Assembly (NCBI GenBank): GCA_951406725.2
Contig: OX597839.1
Span: forward strand, 9,486,001-9,550,000
Direction: 5' to 3'
Length of the DNA stretch: 64,000 nucleotides
Source of the DNA: Octopus vulgaris
Lineage: Eukaryota
Program-made: the position numbers and the translations under genes
The notes under the pieces: generated by a model
Databases searched by the model: none
Seen by the model: only the letters and a program-made list of their open reading frames with translations
What the model was told of the DNA's origin: nothing
In this document: positions 13,305-27,200 of the stretch, in pieces
Numbering within the stretch: position 1 is the stretch's first letter
How the letters are laid out: each line of letters starts with the position of its first letter

Positions 13305-13652
13305 CAGTAGTTCTCAACCAGAGTCCATACGGCCCCTGAGGGTTCATATAAAATTTTTGGGAGTCCACGCAACAAAATAGTACATTGGGGATCCACAGTA
13401 GTATTTTAAGGGACCTTGAAAAATTTTGCTTTAGGTGTATGTATTGGTATGTATTGCAAGATACAGCCAAGTTTCTTTCTCTGACATTTTACATAGTTCA
13501 ACCTACACAAGTTTATGTGTGAATAACAAAATAGGAATTTTGAAAGACATTTCTATAGAACTAGTTTTTAAACATCAAATGGCTATTGGAGTCCACCAGA
13601 ATAGAGTTGTAATCAAAGGGGTACTAAGATAAAAAATGGTTGAGAATCTCTG
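13305..13652. mobile_element. hAT-type MITE
   Basis: CAGTAGTTCTCAACC...GGTTGAGAATCTCTG termini with a perfect 8-bp TSD CTTTAGAT. Confidence 0.85.
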
Positions 13653-16477
13653 CTTTAGATCGTGGGTATGTCTGAATGATCATTTTTAAGCCCCACCTGG
13701 AGTGAAGCATGAATATTACAATTTCTCTTTCTCTCTCTTAAAAGACTATAAGATATGTTTTCAGTAGTTAGTTTTGTGGTCTTGGTACGTGCATGGCCAT
13801 GTGGCTAAGTTTGCTTTACAACACAACTACATCATTCTAGGTTTAGTGGTACTGTGGGCGAGTGTCTTCTGCTTTGGCCTCAGGTTGACTTGTGAGTGAA
13901 ATTTGGCAGAGAGAAAATATGTAGGAGTTTGTGTGTGTAATGTGCCTGTGTATCTGATATTGACACTGCTTGGGCTGCTTTGCCATCATGTGTCACATAA
14001 ACAAAATCCTTGTGGTAGTCAGCAATTCAATGTGTAGAGTCATGAAATAGCTTACTTGAAAACAAAGGTTGGTGTCAGGAAAGGCATCAGCCGGGGAATA
14101 TTGCCTTGAGAAGTTTCCTCTAATCCTTGCTTGCATGGGAAAAGTAAACATAAAATGATGAGAATGTTACTGATGCTTCAATGCTGAGTGTTTGGTTGTT
14201 GTTTCCATAAAAACTAGCTATTTTTCATCTGTTTTGGGTTTTCTAAATGTAAGTAATATACCCTGTCCTTTGTGTAAAGCAAACCCATAGTGCAGCTTCT
14301 ATATAGTTGCTTGCAGTGAAAGCTTAAATCCTTTAGCATTTAAACCAGCCACATCAGGTGAAAATGTTCTTTTTGTCTTATTCTCAAATTGGTCAGATTT
14401 GGTCTCTCACACTACCCTATAATGTCATTGTAAACAAAATAGGCAATCACATCAAAGTTACTGTGCCGATGGCACGTAAAATTCACCATCCGGTCATGGC
14501 CGTTTGCCAGCCTCGTCTGGCACCTGTGCCGGTGGCACGTAAAAAGCACCCACTACACTCACAGAGTGGTTGGCGTTAGGAAGGGCATCCAGCTGTAGAA
14601 ACGCTGCCAGATCAGACTGGAGACTGGTGCAGCCTTCTGGCTTTCCAAACCCCAGTTGAACCGTCCAACCCATGCTAGCATGGAAAGCGGACATTAAACG
14701 ATAACGATGATGATGAATATGAATAAATAAGTATTACATTCAGAGTAATCTGAATGCTAAAGTGTTAATATTCCTCATACCACACCATACTGTCTTTAAA
14801 ACTATATGGATAATTCGCTGATGTAGTTGTAAATGTCATCAAGACTCTATAATAGGTAAGATGGTCATAGCTGTAAAATATCTGCTGACACTGCATAAAT
14901 GAATAATGGTGCTCTCTATACAGTCACTTGTCCAATAAGAAACAGCAACCAAATTTCTGTAAAACTGCATCCTACAATCTTAAAAGAAAAAATTGAATAC
15001 CTTGGATAATGTAGTTCCATTTGGCTTGGCTTAGTTTTGTACTCTTGGGATCATTGTTTGTTCCTTCTCGAGCCGTTCCTGGCTTATAAGGGCCGGTTTC
15101 TTGGCGTATAGGTTCCCCACTTGGACGGGACTCTGGTCCATTGCAGGTGAGCTGCAAGATGCAGGAAGAAAGGGTGAGAGAAAGTTGTGGCGAAAGAGTC
15201 AGCAGAAGTTTCGCCATTACGTTCTGGTGGAGCTTAGGTGTTTCACTCATAAACACACGCATCGCCCAGTCTGAGATTCAAACCTGCGATCCCTCGACCG
15301 TGAGTTCGCTGCTCTAACCACTAGGCCATGTGCCTCCACTCTTGGGATCATTCCAAGATAGTGGTCCTAGAGGTGTCATTATGTGCAGAACCAACCAAGT
15401 CTACCAGTGCTCTCCATTGCTGATTGTCTCATGCCAGCCCCTCTGCATCCTCCAAGGTGATGTCAAGCCTCTGGAGATCTCCAATCATGTCCAGCCATCT
15501 GAAAGTAAAGCCCTGGTAGGAGATGACCTGCAATGCATCGGTCCTCTCCGTTCTCCTCTGTGGAACCCCTCTACATGGCCCCTCTTGAAGACCCTGACAA
15601 AAGGGATTGATGGCTTTGACAGCAGAGCCCTGGGGACCATCAAGAACATCAGATGGTACCATCACATTTCCAACAAAGAAGTAGTCCCATTTAAACTTTA
15701 AAAAAAAATAGATAGCCAGGTCATGTCTAAAAACTGAAGAAGACAGCAAAGGAAACCACACAGGAAAACAGTACTAGGCATGGCATATACATTTGCTGTG
15801 AGCATTCCGAATGACTGTCGAAACAAAAACAGAACTCTGCGTGCTTTGTTGGCAGCATGGACGCATTTAAAACAGTCGTTGAATTCTTGCTAGTCTCTTA
15901 TTCTGTTCTTTGTGATGAAACATCAAACATTGCTTATGTACCAGATATATTCTGCCATACAAGCAATGAAGTTAATTTTCAACTACAAAGGAATAAGGTG
16001 AAACCATATCAAATTAAAATTAGCCCTCTCCACATTTCTGTCCAAATTACAGTTATTCAAGCACAACACAAGCTGTCATCAGTTCTTCCAGTTTCTAAGC
16101 TTCTCTGAACTGGAGAAGGAAAAGTGCAGACAAGAAGAGGACATTCAAGTGTATTGTTCACACCTGCATGAGGTGCACAGGGACATGGCATAGATTTTAG
16201 AAAATTTATTTTTGCTTACAATACCAGTCCTAGATATCAGTTTCACTTTAAAAAGATATTGTGCTGAGGCCAAAGTTCAAAAAAACATATCATGATTTTT
16301 GATTGCAAATGGACATTTCTGACTGCTGCACTGTGGAACAATGTCAGGATGTACTTTATTAACCTTCCCAACATCATATTTTATAGAGCAGGGCTTCAGT
16401 GCAGTTACCTCGCTTCTTTCTAAGCGAAGAAACACTAAAAATTATTGAACACAAGGACCTAAGACTACCTCTTAGTG

Positions 16478-16652
16478 CAGTGGTTCCCAAACTATGAGTC
16501 ACGACCCACAGATGGGTCGCTAAAAGTTATAAAATTACGCATTAGCTTTGATTAACTGTTGTCTATCACGATAGTTCAAGACTTCAAGTGGGTCGTCATA
16601 AACTGGTGTGATAAATAGTGGGTCGCGACTCTAAAAAGTTTGGAAACCACTG
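16478..16652. mobile_element. hAT-type MITE
   Basis: CAGTGGTTCCCAAACT...AGTTTGGAAACCACTG termini with a perfect 8-bp TSD TCTTAGTG. Confidence 0.88.
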
Positions 16653-16824
16653 TCTTAGTGTCTTTCAGCCTGACGTCAGCTTCCCATATTTCTAAGAATA
16701 TTGTTCTTCAGACACAGGTTTGAATTGAAAACAATTGCTACATTTGTAACAATGAAATTGTGGAAGCATGCAAACTCAAAATGTAATTTGAGCTGCTATT
16801 GTTAGTCATAATTCCACATTCCGT

Positions 16825-17220
16825 AGGCGCAGGAGTGGCTGTGTGGTAAGTAGCTTGCTAACCAACCACATGGTTCCGGGTTCAGTCCCACTGCGTGGCA
16901 TCTTGGGCAAGTGTCTTCTGCTATAGCCCTGGGCCGACCAATGCCTTGTGAGTGGATTTGGTAGACGGAAACTGAAAGAAGCCTGTCGTATATATGTGTA
17001 TATATATATATATGTATGTGTGTGTTTGTCCCCCTAGCATTGCTTGACAACCAATGCTGGTGTGTTTACGTCCCCGTCACTTAGCAGTTTGGCAAAAGAG
17101 ACCGATAGAATAAGTACTGGGCTTACAAAGAATAAGTCCTGGGGTCGATTTGCTCGACTAAAGGCGGTGCTCCAGCATGGCCGCAGTTAAATGACTGAAA
17201 CGAGTAAAAGAGAGAGAGAG
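16825..17220 (+). mobile_element. tRNA-derived (CORE-like) SINE family A
   Basis: GGCGCAGGAGTGGCTGTGTGG head, GGGTTCAGTCCC B-box, internal (TA)n/(TG)n and an AAAGAG-type tail; more than 12 copies in the window. Confidence 0.85.
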
Positions 17221-17419
17221 TATGACATAATGTTCCAGATGTGACACTGCACAAAAAGGTATGAAAGGTGCTTTGATCCTCAGATAAATATTCTGTAACT
17301 TGTCTGGTTTACATGGAAATGTCACAAAAAAATGTTAATCATGACAAATTTGATTTAACTTAATACCAAAATTAAGCAAAAGCAAAATAAAGTTATCAAA
17401 TTTAATTCCTAGCATTATT

Positions 17420-18870
17420 TTAGTCTAAAGTTCCTTGTCAAACTTGAACTTTTTATGACGTATCATATCAGGGCAAGGCAAAAGTTCAACTATTTGATCT
17501 TCACGTATCCGTGAATTGTCCATGTTGTCAATGAGGTAAATATTTCCATTTGATATTTCTTTTGAAAAATACAAATAGTTGCTCTTCCAGATGATTTTTT
17601 TTTTCACACATCACTAGTAGTACTTTGGTACCACCGTTTTCACATTGAAATGTGTACTTTACTAGATAGAATTTACTGTATACTTGTTTGTTGCCACTGT
17701 TTTGAACTGTTTACATATGACATGAACAGGGAGGTGACAATAAATTCTCAACAATAGTTTCATTAGTAGGGTACCAAGAGCACCATCCGAGCGTGATCAT
17801 TGCCAGAGTAGCCAACTGGCTTCCGTGCCAGTGGCACGTAAAATGGCTCCATTTGAGCGTGATTGCTACCAACGTCGCCTTACTGGCACCTGTGCTGGTG
17901 GCATGTGTAAAAGGATTCGAGCGAAGTCGTTGCCAGTACCGCCTGACTGGCCCCTGTGCCGGTGGCATGTAAAAAGCATCCACCACACTCTCGGAGTGGT
18001 TGGCGTTAGGAAGGGCATCCAGCTGTAGAAACTCTGCCAAATCAAGATTGGAGCCTGGTGCAGCCATATGGTTTGCCAGCCCTCACTCAAAATCGTCCAG
18101 CCCATGCTAGCATGGAAAGCAGACGTTAAACAATGATGATGATGATGACTTCAATGTAGTGAAAGTGTTTTGTTCCTTGTAATGGTCTTGAATGGATTGC
18201 CATTCTTTCCTTTCAAAAATTTGTGTTGGTTCTAATTTGCTCTCATAAACAATAACAAATGATGGAAACTCCTTTTCTGAAACAGCAACAAATTTGTCTA
18301 GATTTATAACAACTAACTTTACTTGCAAGGTTTTTCCATCAGGCAGCATTTTTCACATCACCACCCACTCCATCCAGTCATCGTCCCCTTTTCCATGCAG
18401 TGTAGCCCCCAAAAATGCCAGTCAACTGAAACACCATGATCTCTTTGAAATGACAAATTTATGAAAGCATATTGGTTTTTGAATTGGCAGGAAGGTCCAC
18501 CTGACCAGTAATGCACCCTTTCAGTACCTATTTCTTTATTACCCACAAGTGGCTAAACATAGAGGGGACAGACATAGGTATTAAATTGATTTCATCGACC
18601 CCAGTGCGTAACTGGTACTTAATTTATCGACCCCGAAAGGATGAAAGGCAAAGTCGACCTCGGCGGAATTTGAACTCACAATGTAATGGCAAACAAAATA
18701 CCGCTAAGCATTTCGCCCAACGTGCTAACATTTCTGCCAGCTCTCCGCCTTTCAGTACCAATCCCTTTACTGCACAGATTGTTGGTTACAAACTGATTGT
18801 ACAAAACGATGCTGTCCTTGTCTGAGGGGTCAAAGGGAGAAAATAAGATCTGAGAATGAGGTATTTTTTC
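17420..18870 (-). mobile_element. Decayed DDD/E DNA transposase, probably Sola-like, interrupted by SINEs
   Basis: HYWSGGPSCQFKNQY...DWHFW..(HGKG-like) fragments; the superfamily assignment is from memory. Confidence 0.45.
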
Positions 18871-18872
18871 CT

Positions 18873-19358
18873 TTATCCCTTTAGCATTCAGATTACTTTG
18901 CAAAATTTTATCCTTATTTATTCACATTGATTTGAATTAATCAAGCGTTATCTTGTAGATGTGAGATTTCAATGATGTGATTGTTTATTTTTAGAATGAC
19001 ATTGTAGAATAAGTGTGATAGGCCAGATAAAATATTTGGGCTGGATATGGCCGATTTAAATGCTAAAAGGTTAAAAATTGTAATAACTTGAAAACCATAA
19101 AAGTTATTCCATGTTACATCTAGAATGTTCCAGACGTAATTTACTTGAAAAAAATAAAATTGAACCCTTTAATATTCAAATTATTTTGTCAAATGTAATG
19201 TTTATTTATTCACATTGTTTTGAATTAATCATGTTTTATCTCGCAGCTTTGAGATTTCCATGATGTAATTGTATATTTTTAGAATGACATTGTAGGGTAA
19301 GTGTGAGAGGCCAGAATATTTTGGCTGGATAGGTCCAGTTTAAGTGCTAAAGGGTTAA
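18873..19358. mobile_element. Two piggyBac-like MITEs (TTAA|CCCTTTAGCATT...AATGCTAAAGGG|TTAA)
   Basis: TIRs with TTAA ends. Further copies at 14323-14768, 47723-47948, 51919-52144, 61565-61750 and 62180-62350. Confidence 0.65.
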
Positions 19359-19670
19359 ACATCAAGTGCAATGACAAATGAAAAGATTTTCCATTTGCCC
19401 TTGAGAGTTAAGTTAGAGGTTTAATTAGCAAAACTTGTGCAAGAGAAAAGACTTAACAAAAGTGAAGCTAAAAGTGAGGTTTTTCTCAGATTTGACTTTG
19501 TGTCATGAAACAAATCACACCACATACCGTAAATCCTCGAGTATAGTCTGCCCTTGAGTATAATATGCAGGGGATTTTTAGGGGGCTGTACTTCTGAAAA
19601 ACCCAAACCATGTGTATAATACGTACCCCTTCACTAACTTGAGTCATGTGTAATTAAGCCAGCAGCTTAC

Positions 19671-20077
19671 TCTTTTCTCTTTACTCTTTTATTTGTTTCA
19701 GTCATTTTGACTGCGGCCATGCTGGAGCACCGCCTTTAATCGAGCAACTCGACCCCGGGACTTATTCTTTTGTAAGCCCAGTACTTATTCTATCGGCCTC
19801 TTTTGCCGAACCTCTAAGTAACGGGGACATAAACACACCAGCATTGGTTGTCAAGCAATGCTAGGGGGACAAACACACACAAGCATATATATATATATAT
19901 ATATACACACACACGACAGGCTTCTATCAGTTTCCGTCTACCAAATCCACTCACAAGACTTTGGTCGGCCCGAGGCTATAGTAGAAGACACTTGCCCAAG
20001 TTGCCACACAGTGGGACTGAACCCAGAACCATGTGGTTGGTAAACAAGCTACTTACGACACAGCCACTCCTGCGCCT
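19671..20077 (-). mobile_element. SINE family A
   Basis: Full-length reverse copy. Confidence 0.85.
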
Positions 20078-20421
20078 TGTGGCACATAAAAAGCACCATC
20101 CTGCAGTGCACTGAGGCTGTTTCTCTGGCAAACTTGTAGAAGGCTCTGGAGTTAGATTTTATATTGTCTATTTCCCATCGCAAATACTGAACGGGCACAA
20201 TGTCATTAGCCATCTGAAGGAGATGTCTTCCTGGGGCTGTCCCGTAAGGAACTTGCTTTTTACTCTTTTTTGTAATATTAATACATGTATGTCTAACACA
20301 TAGTTACTACATGTGTATGTTTTCTTCTGACACTTTCTAATGCTTTGGAATAAATAGACACCCTGGAATGTCTACCGGATGATGTATGTCGTTTTGTATC
20401 CTCTCCATTTTCTTATTTGCC

Positions 20422-20463
<42 letters not shown>

Positions 20464-21371
20464 CTTATAAGTAAGGGCTAAAGAAAATTATTTCAATGCC
20501 AATATGCTGATAACAGACTATTAAATCGTCAATTTCCACTTACAATTTACTTGCTACAGAAAAAAACCGAAGAACTGAAATCGGGCAAGCCGGCCGATAG
20601 AATTTTTGGAAACTTAAGGACACAGAATGCTTGTACCATGTAGCCAACTAGAAATGGTGTTTCTTGGGGCTAAATATCACTATTTTTCCCTTTCCTGGGA
20701 CTGCCATATTAAGTTGGCGACAAACCATCACTTTATCGTGTTGCCACTACATAACTCTCTCTGAGAGATTTAGAAATGCAATATTTCTAATTTTGTAGAT
20801 CAGTGAATTTATTTCACTTGAAATTCTATAAGTTTTCAACAGCAATTTAGCATTGCCAGTTAGCAAGGCCAAGCTACTCCAGACTGATGAAGGACAACTA
20901 CCCTGAAACTAGTGTCTGAGTGCTGGCTTTGTTGAGTGGAGGTGCTTATCTCCCCTGTTTGAAGACTTTAGGACAGAATGCTTGTGTCACACAGCCAACT
21001 AGAAACGGTGTTTCTTGGGACTAAATAGCAGTGGTATTCTTTCCTTTCCTGAGACTGCAACATTAAGTTGTCAGCAAACCATGACTTTAATGTGCTGCCA
21101 CTGCATAACTCTCACTCAGAGATTTATAAATGCAATATTTCTAATTTTATATATATATTTTTATATATTATGTATTTATGTCTACATAGATATTTATATA
21201 TATTTTTATGTATAGATATATATAACAACTATAAATAAGGGTATCTGAGAGACACCACCATGCTGAAATAGCAGCCAAACCCTGACTCTAAAAACCACCT
21301 AAAATGTTCATATCGCACCATGAGACAAGACAGAGAGACAAAATAAACTAGCAAAAAGATATTACTGGATA

Positions 21372-21430
21372 ATTCAAGATCCTGGATTTCTAGCTTTGCT
21401 TCAGATAAGCTCTGCTTTCGTCAGTTGAAT
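21372..21430 (-). ncRNA. Type I minimal hammerhead ribozyme
   Basis: ATTCAA-CTGACGA-aAGC...GCTa-GAAA-TCCAGGA-TC-TTGAAT; AUC triplet; stem II imperfect. Confidence 0.6.
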
Positions 21431-21831
21431 ATACCACATTATATATATATATATATATTAAAGTCATAAATGACAAATATTTTGATCAATTTTCATTTAA
21501 CAATAAGAAAAATCCTCATATTACAAGAAATTGTTTCATAACTCAAAAACATGTAAATGATTTATATAATTATATTTAAAAATAACGAATTACTTAGATA
21601 TCTGCATTAATGCAAAACGTAAAGAATTCGTTCAAAATAATGCAGAATTTGAGATACGTTTTCAAGTGAAAGAGGGTCTTTGTAAAATATTTCTGTTATT
21701 TATGACTTTTTACACTCCTTATCCTTTTTTTTTGGTATATTAGTATATATTCTATATGGTTTGTACAGTGATACACTAAGGAGCATTTTTTATGAACACT
21801 AGCAGATTACTTGAATCTATATAATGTAACT

Positions 21832-21881
<50 letters not shown>

Positions 21882-22843
21882 GCTGGTGGCACGTAAAAAG
21901 CACCATCCGATTGTGGCTGTTGCCAGCCTCTCCTGGCACGTAAAAAGCACCCACTACACTCATGGAGTGGTTGGCATTAGGAAGGGCATCCAACCGTAGA
22001 AACACTGCCAGATCAGACTGGGCCTGATGCGGCCTTCTGGCTTCACAGACCCCAGTTGAACCATCCAACCCATGCTAGCATGGAAAGCGGACGCTAAATG
22101 ATGATGATGATGATGATATATATATATGAAGTATTTATGTTTATATATCATCATCATCATCGTTTAACGTCCGCTTTCCATACTAGCATCAGTTGGACGA
22201 TTTGACTGAGGTCTGGCAGTGACATGTAACTGCTTCTGTGCTAGTGACATGTAAAAGCAGCTGTCAGTGACACATAAAAGTCATCTACTACACTTGGAGT
22301 AGTTGGCATTAGGAAGGGCACCGGGTCATAGAAACCAAGCTCAATTCAGATTGGAACCTAGTGCTCATCCCCAGCTTACTAGTTCCAGTGAAGCTGCCTA
22401 GTCCATGCCAGCATGGAAAGCAGATGTTAAATGATGATGATAATGACGACTGTAGCAACATTAGTTTATAAATAGTACTTATTACTTTAACTCTTTAGCA
22501 TTCAGATAATTCTATCAAATGTAATACCTTTTCATCTATCATCATCGTTTAACGTCCGCTTTCCATGCTAGCATGGGTTGGACGATTTGACTGAGGTCTG
22601 GCGAACCAGATGGCTGCACCAGGCTCCAATCTGATCTGGCAGAGTTTTTACAGCTGGATGCCCTTCCTAATGCCAACCACTCCAAGAATGTAGTGGGTGC
22701 TTTTACATACCGTCAGGCGGTACTGGCAACAGCCATGCTCAAATGGTGCTTTGTATGTGCCGCCTGCACAGGAGCCAGTCCAGCGGCACTGGCAAAGACC
22801 TTGCTCGAAAATATATATGTATATAAACTTCATGTTGGCTTAA

Positions 22844-22889
<46 letters not shown>

Positions 22890-22933
22890 GCATTTATATA
22901 TATATATATATATAAATAAATGTGTGTATGTAT

Positions 22934-22990
<57 letters not shown>

Positions 22991-23343
22991 TTTATGCTGA
23001 CCAAAGCCTTGTGAGTAGATTTGGTTGATGGAAACTGAAAGAAGTCCATACGTACCAATGTGTGTATGTATGTGAACATATGCATGTGTGTATATGTGCA
23101 CATACACACACACACACACACACACACTTGTGTCCTGTGGGTGATATTTTCAACCAAGACATTACAACCATATCAGATTCTTCAAGTGCATCAATTCTGT
23201 CTATTTACATACATTTACTAGATTGCTCACATTTATTAATGGTTTCCTGCTGTGTCGATGCCCCATTTTTTCTATCCTTAATAAAATTGTCTGCATTTTT
23301 GTTGACATGGGTATTGTACTTATTATATAATAAATACATTATT

Positions 23344-23740
23344 AGGTGTAGGAGTGGCTGTGTGGTAAGTAGCTTGCTTACGAACCACATGGTTCCGAGT
23401 TCAGTCCCACTGCGGGGCACCTTCGGCAAGTGTCTTCTACTATAGCCTCGGGCCGACCAAAGCCTTGTGGGTGGATTTGGTAGACGGAAACTGAAAGAAG
23501 CCTGTCGTATATATGTATATATATATATAAGTGTGTGTGTATGTATCTGTGTTTGTCACCCCAACATCGCTTGACAACCGATGCTGGTGTGTTTACGTCC
23601 CAGTAACTTAGCGGTTCAGCAAAGAGAGATCCGATAGAATAAGTACTAGGCTTACAAAGAATAAGTCCTGGGGTCGATTTGCTTGGGGGTCCATGCTCCA
23701 GCATGGCCACAGTCAAATGACTGAAACAAGTAAAAAGAGA
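23344..23740 (+). mobile_element. SINE family A
   Basis: Full-length copy. Confidence 0.85.
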
Positions 23741-24351
23741 TTATATTTATTACATTACATCAGTATTATTTCACCAACTTTGGCAAAGGAAGACTCCTCA
23801 TGGAAGAATGCGAAGTGTTTGCTGAATGAAACCATATTCCCCACCAAATATACTTAACCAACACTCATAAAATGAAAAGAAACTCCACCACATGATTAAC
23901 GTCAAGTACAGTTTAGCTGATCAATAACGAACGAAGAAAAGAAGCAATTAAAGTAAACTAATCAAAAGTGACTAGACACATAAATAACTAGACATAGAAA
24001 TCGTGTCATTCTGCCTACTCTTTGTACCTACCCCTAATATCCAATTATCACCTGGTGTCGGTAGACCATCTCAACAGACCAATCTAGTTTTTTTTCTTAA
24101 TTGATCAAAAAAAAAAATTTTTTTTTAATCCTGCTGTTTTATTATCCTTCATGCATTATATTCGTATTATTAGTCTGAAGTAAGTACACACTTACACAGA
24201 AACTCAAAGACATAGAAATACATTGATATAAAAACATATATACATACATAGTGAGACATTATTAATAATTTAGCATATATATATATATATTTACACACAC
24301 ACATATCTACACCACAGAAACACACTCATTCGGACCTATATGTATACACAC

Positions 24352-24392
<41 letters not shown>

Positions 24393-24394
<2 letters not shown>

Positions 24395-24803
24395 GGTGTA
24401 GGAGTGGCTGTGTGGTAGGTAGCTTGCTTATGAACCACATGGTTCCGGGTTCAGTCCTACTGCGTGGCACCTTGGGCAAATGTTTTCTACTGTAGCCTCA
24501 GGCAGACCAAAGCCTTGTGAATGGATTTGGTAGACGGAAACTGAAAGAAGCCCGTCGTATATATATATATATATGTATGTATATATGCGTGTGTATGTTT
24601 GTGTGTCTGTGTTTGTCCCCCTAGCATTGCTTGACAACCGATGCTGGTGTGTTTACGTCCCCGTAACTTAGCAGTTCGGCAAAAGAGACCGATAGAATAA
24701 GTAGTAGGCTTACAAAGAATAAGTCCTGGGGTCGATTTGCTCGACTAAAGGCAGTGCTCCAGCATGGCCGCAGTCAAATGACTGAAACAAGTAAAAGAGT
24801 AAA
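24393..24803 (+). mobile_element. SINE family A
   Basis: Full-length copy. Confidence 0.85.
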
Positions 24804-25084
24804 ACAATAAAGGTGGCGAACTGGCAGAATCATTAGCATGCCAAGCAAAGTGCTTAGTGGCATTTTGTCTGCCTTTATGTTCTGAGTTCAAATTCCACGA
24901 AGGCCAACTTTGCTTGTTGTCCTTTCGGGGTCAATAAAATAAGTACCAGTTGAGCACTAGGGTCAATGTAATCAACTTCCTCTCGCCCCCACCCCCAAAA
25001 AATTACTGGCCTTGTGCCAAAATTTGAAACCATTGTTATTATTATTATTATTATTATTAGTAGTAGTAGTAGTAGTAAGTTAGT

Positions 25085-25520
25085 ACATGCTAATTTAATT
25101 AGCTGGAATATTATCTCCAGGTTTGCTGACAACCAGTCTCCTCAAATCTCAAGAATCTTTCTCAGGTTTCTTGCAGAATATAGGAAGGTACTTTTCTGCA
25201 GGTTGATAATGTGTGTCTCATTTCCAATATCTTTCAGTCTTTTAGATAACATTTTGAGTGTTGTTCCAAGTGCACCATTACTGTAGGAATAATTACTGTC
25301 TTAATTTTCCACAGTCACTTCAGCTCTCTGCCTCAATCCTGATATTTCTCAATCTTTTCAATTTCTTTGCTATCAGCTCTGTTATCATAGGGAATTGCAA
25401 AATTTATAATCATGCAATGTTTGTTTATTTTGTTATCTATAATCATGTCTGGTCTTCTTGTCTTAACAGTATGGTCAGTTTTTCATGGGGAAGTCTCATA
25501 AGATCCTGAATTTTCATTTT
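25085..25520 (-). mobile_element. R4/Dong-like non-LTR retrotransposon, restriction-like endonuclease fragment
   Basis: TDHTVKTRRPDMIIDNK..CMIINFAIPYDN and LQKS.FLYSARNLRKIL motifs. Confidence 0.65.
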
Positions 25521-26739
25521 CTTACTATTTTTCTGTTTATTATGTGAAAGAGCAGCCCATGTCATCAAAGTGACAGTGGGGCACTGTTCTTGAGGAGACC
25601 TGTTGAGTAGAGAACATCAACGTCCATCTATTAAGGGTACACCAGGTACATGCATCACAAACATGTGTGCAACATGGTGATCTAATATCAAGATAAATAA
25701 TGCATGACCTTGCAAAAGGTCCCTAAATGAGGGTTGTTTAAGGATGTTTCCAGAGGTGATTTATTCAAACCCCAAAGAATTCCTCTCAACACATGGTTAT
25801 GATGCCCTCCCACTATTTCTGCTTGTGATTGCCAGCTACTAAGGCACATGCTCAACTGGTGAAGGTCAAGTAACTGACAAGCAAATCTGTGGTATTGAGC
25901 AGAATATTTGCTGTAGCCCACCTTTTATACCAAATTATTATTATTGTTTTTATTATTTGATGATTACTCTCAGCTTATTTTGCTGGGTAAGATGGAATGT
26001 CATCTGTCCACAGCCAGTAGACTAAGGTGACACTTGTTTACTGGTCATGCCTCAAGAACCTTGCAAAGAACTCTGGCAGTTCTAAGCAATGCTGAGTTTT
26101 GGATGTATTCTGTCTTTACATTTGTACCAGTCTTTTTGAGCCATGGTGGTTGTTGAGTGCTGATACTTCCAAGCGTGCTGATTACTATTGGTATTACGTC
26201 CACTTTCTTCATTACCCATGTAGTGTGATGGATGAAGAGGACAACAGAAGGAGAAGGAGAAAGAAATTCAAACAGGTCTTACCTCGGCGAAGATCAGAGG
26301 GCCCTTACAAATTCGACACGTCCTGTCGCTTCCTCGTCTATGCTCGAATTGCCCGCTTCCTCGATCGCCACACGTGCGTCCCGCTTCCGCTTTCCCCCGC
26401 ACATGCGCCCTCCAGTCTTCCACCGGCCCCTGCAAGCCCTACTTCCGCCCACCTCATCTGTCGTCCTCTCCACCGACACCACAACCCACAACCTGTATCT
26501 TTCCCACTTCAAATCGTCATAGTTATTCAGTTTTTCTTCTTCTTTCTCTTTGATCCTGTTGTCTCTGGGACATGCTGTGTTAATTATCACAAGTTTTTTC
26601 TTGTTGTTCACCACAACAATGTCAGGTTTCCCATGTCTGATCTGATGGTCACATTATTATTATTATTATTATTTGTCTGAAATATTTTCATTATTTCTAA
26701 ATTCATTCAAAGAATGTGGGTGTTTGGTATTTGCAATTG

Positions 26740-27200
26740 TTAGTTTTTTTAGATGAAAAAATATTTAAGTATCTATTATTAGCAGAATTTGCATAAAATT
26801 TCTGGCAGGAGTCTCAATACTCATTATACTCAGCTTAATACTTTGACTTACCAGGTCTCAGCTGTAGTTGATGACACCAGCACTGGACCACCAATCAGAC
26901 ACCATTAGCTTTTTTTAGTGAATATTCTTTTTTTAGCACTTTGTCTCTATCCAACCACCATGCAGAATGCTTGCTATTGTTGAAAAGAATCCATTTTTCA
27001 TCACATGTAATAATACAATGCAAAAATGGTTACTTTTCATGCTGTGACAGCAAAGAACAGCAAGTTTCAAGATGACATGTCATTTGATGCTCATTTAGTT
27101 TGTGTGAAACCCACTTGTCTAGCTTCTTTACCTTGCCGATTTATTTCAGATGGTCTAATATATTTGGAATTGAAACATCACCCCTTGCTTCTAACTCTCA
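26740..27200 (-). mobile_element. Mariner transposase remnant
   Basis: KLDKWVSHKL (WVPHEL motif) and PFLHCIITCDEKWILFNN (first catalytic Asp). Confidence 0.8.

Noticed and set aside
14494-14694. Recurrent peptides [12 protein letters not shown] and [21 protein letters not shown] in many ORFs
   Set aside because: They are translations of multi-copy non-coding SINE/retroelement families, not a gene family.
22693-23157. YIYI/THTH ORFs
   Set aside because: They are translations of (TA)n and (CA)n microsatellites.
26099-26680. 193-aa ORF
   Set aside because: It spans LINE debris and a GC-rich insert, with no recognisable domain or splice structure.
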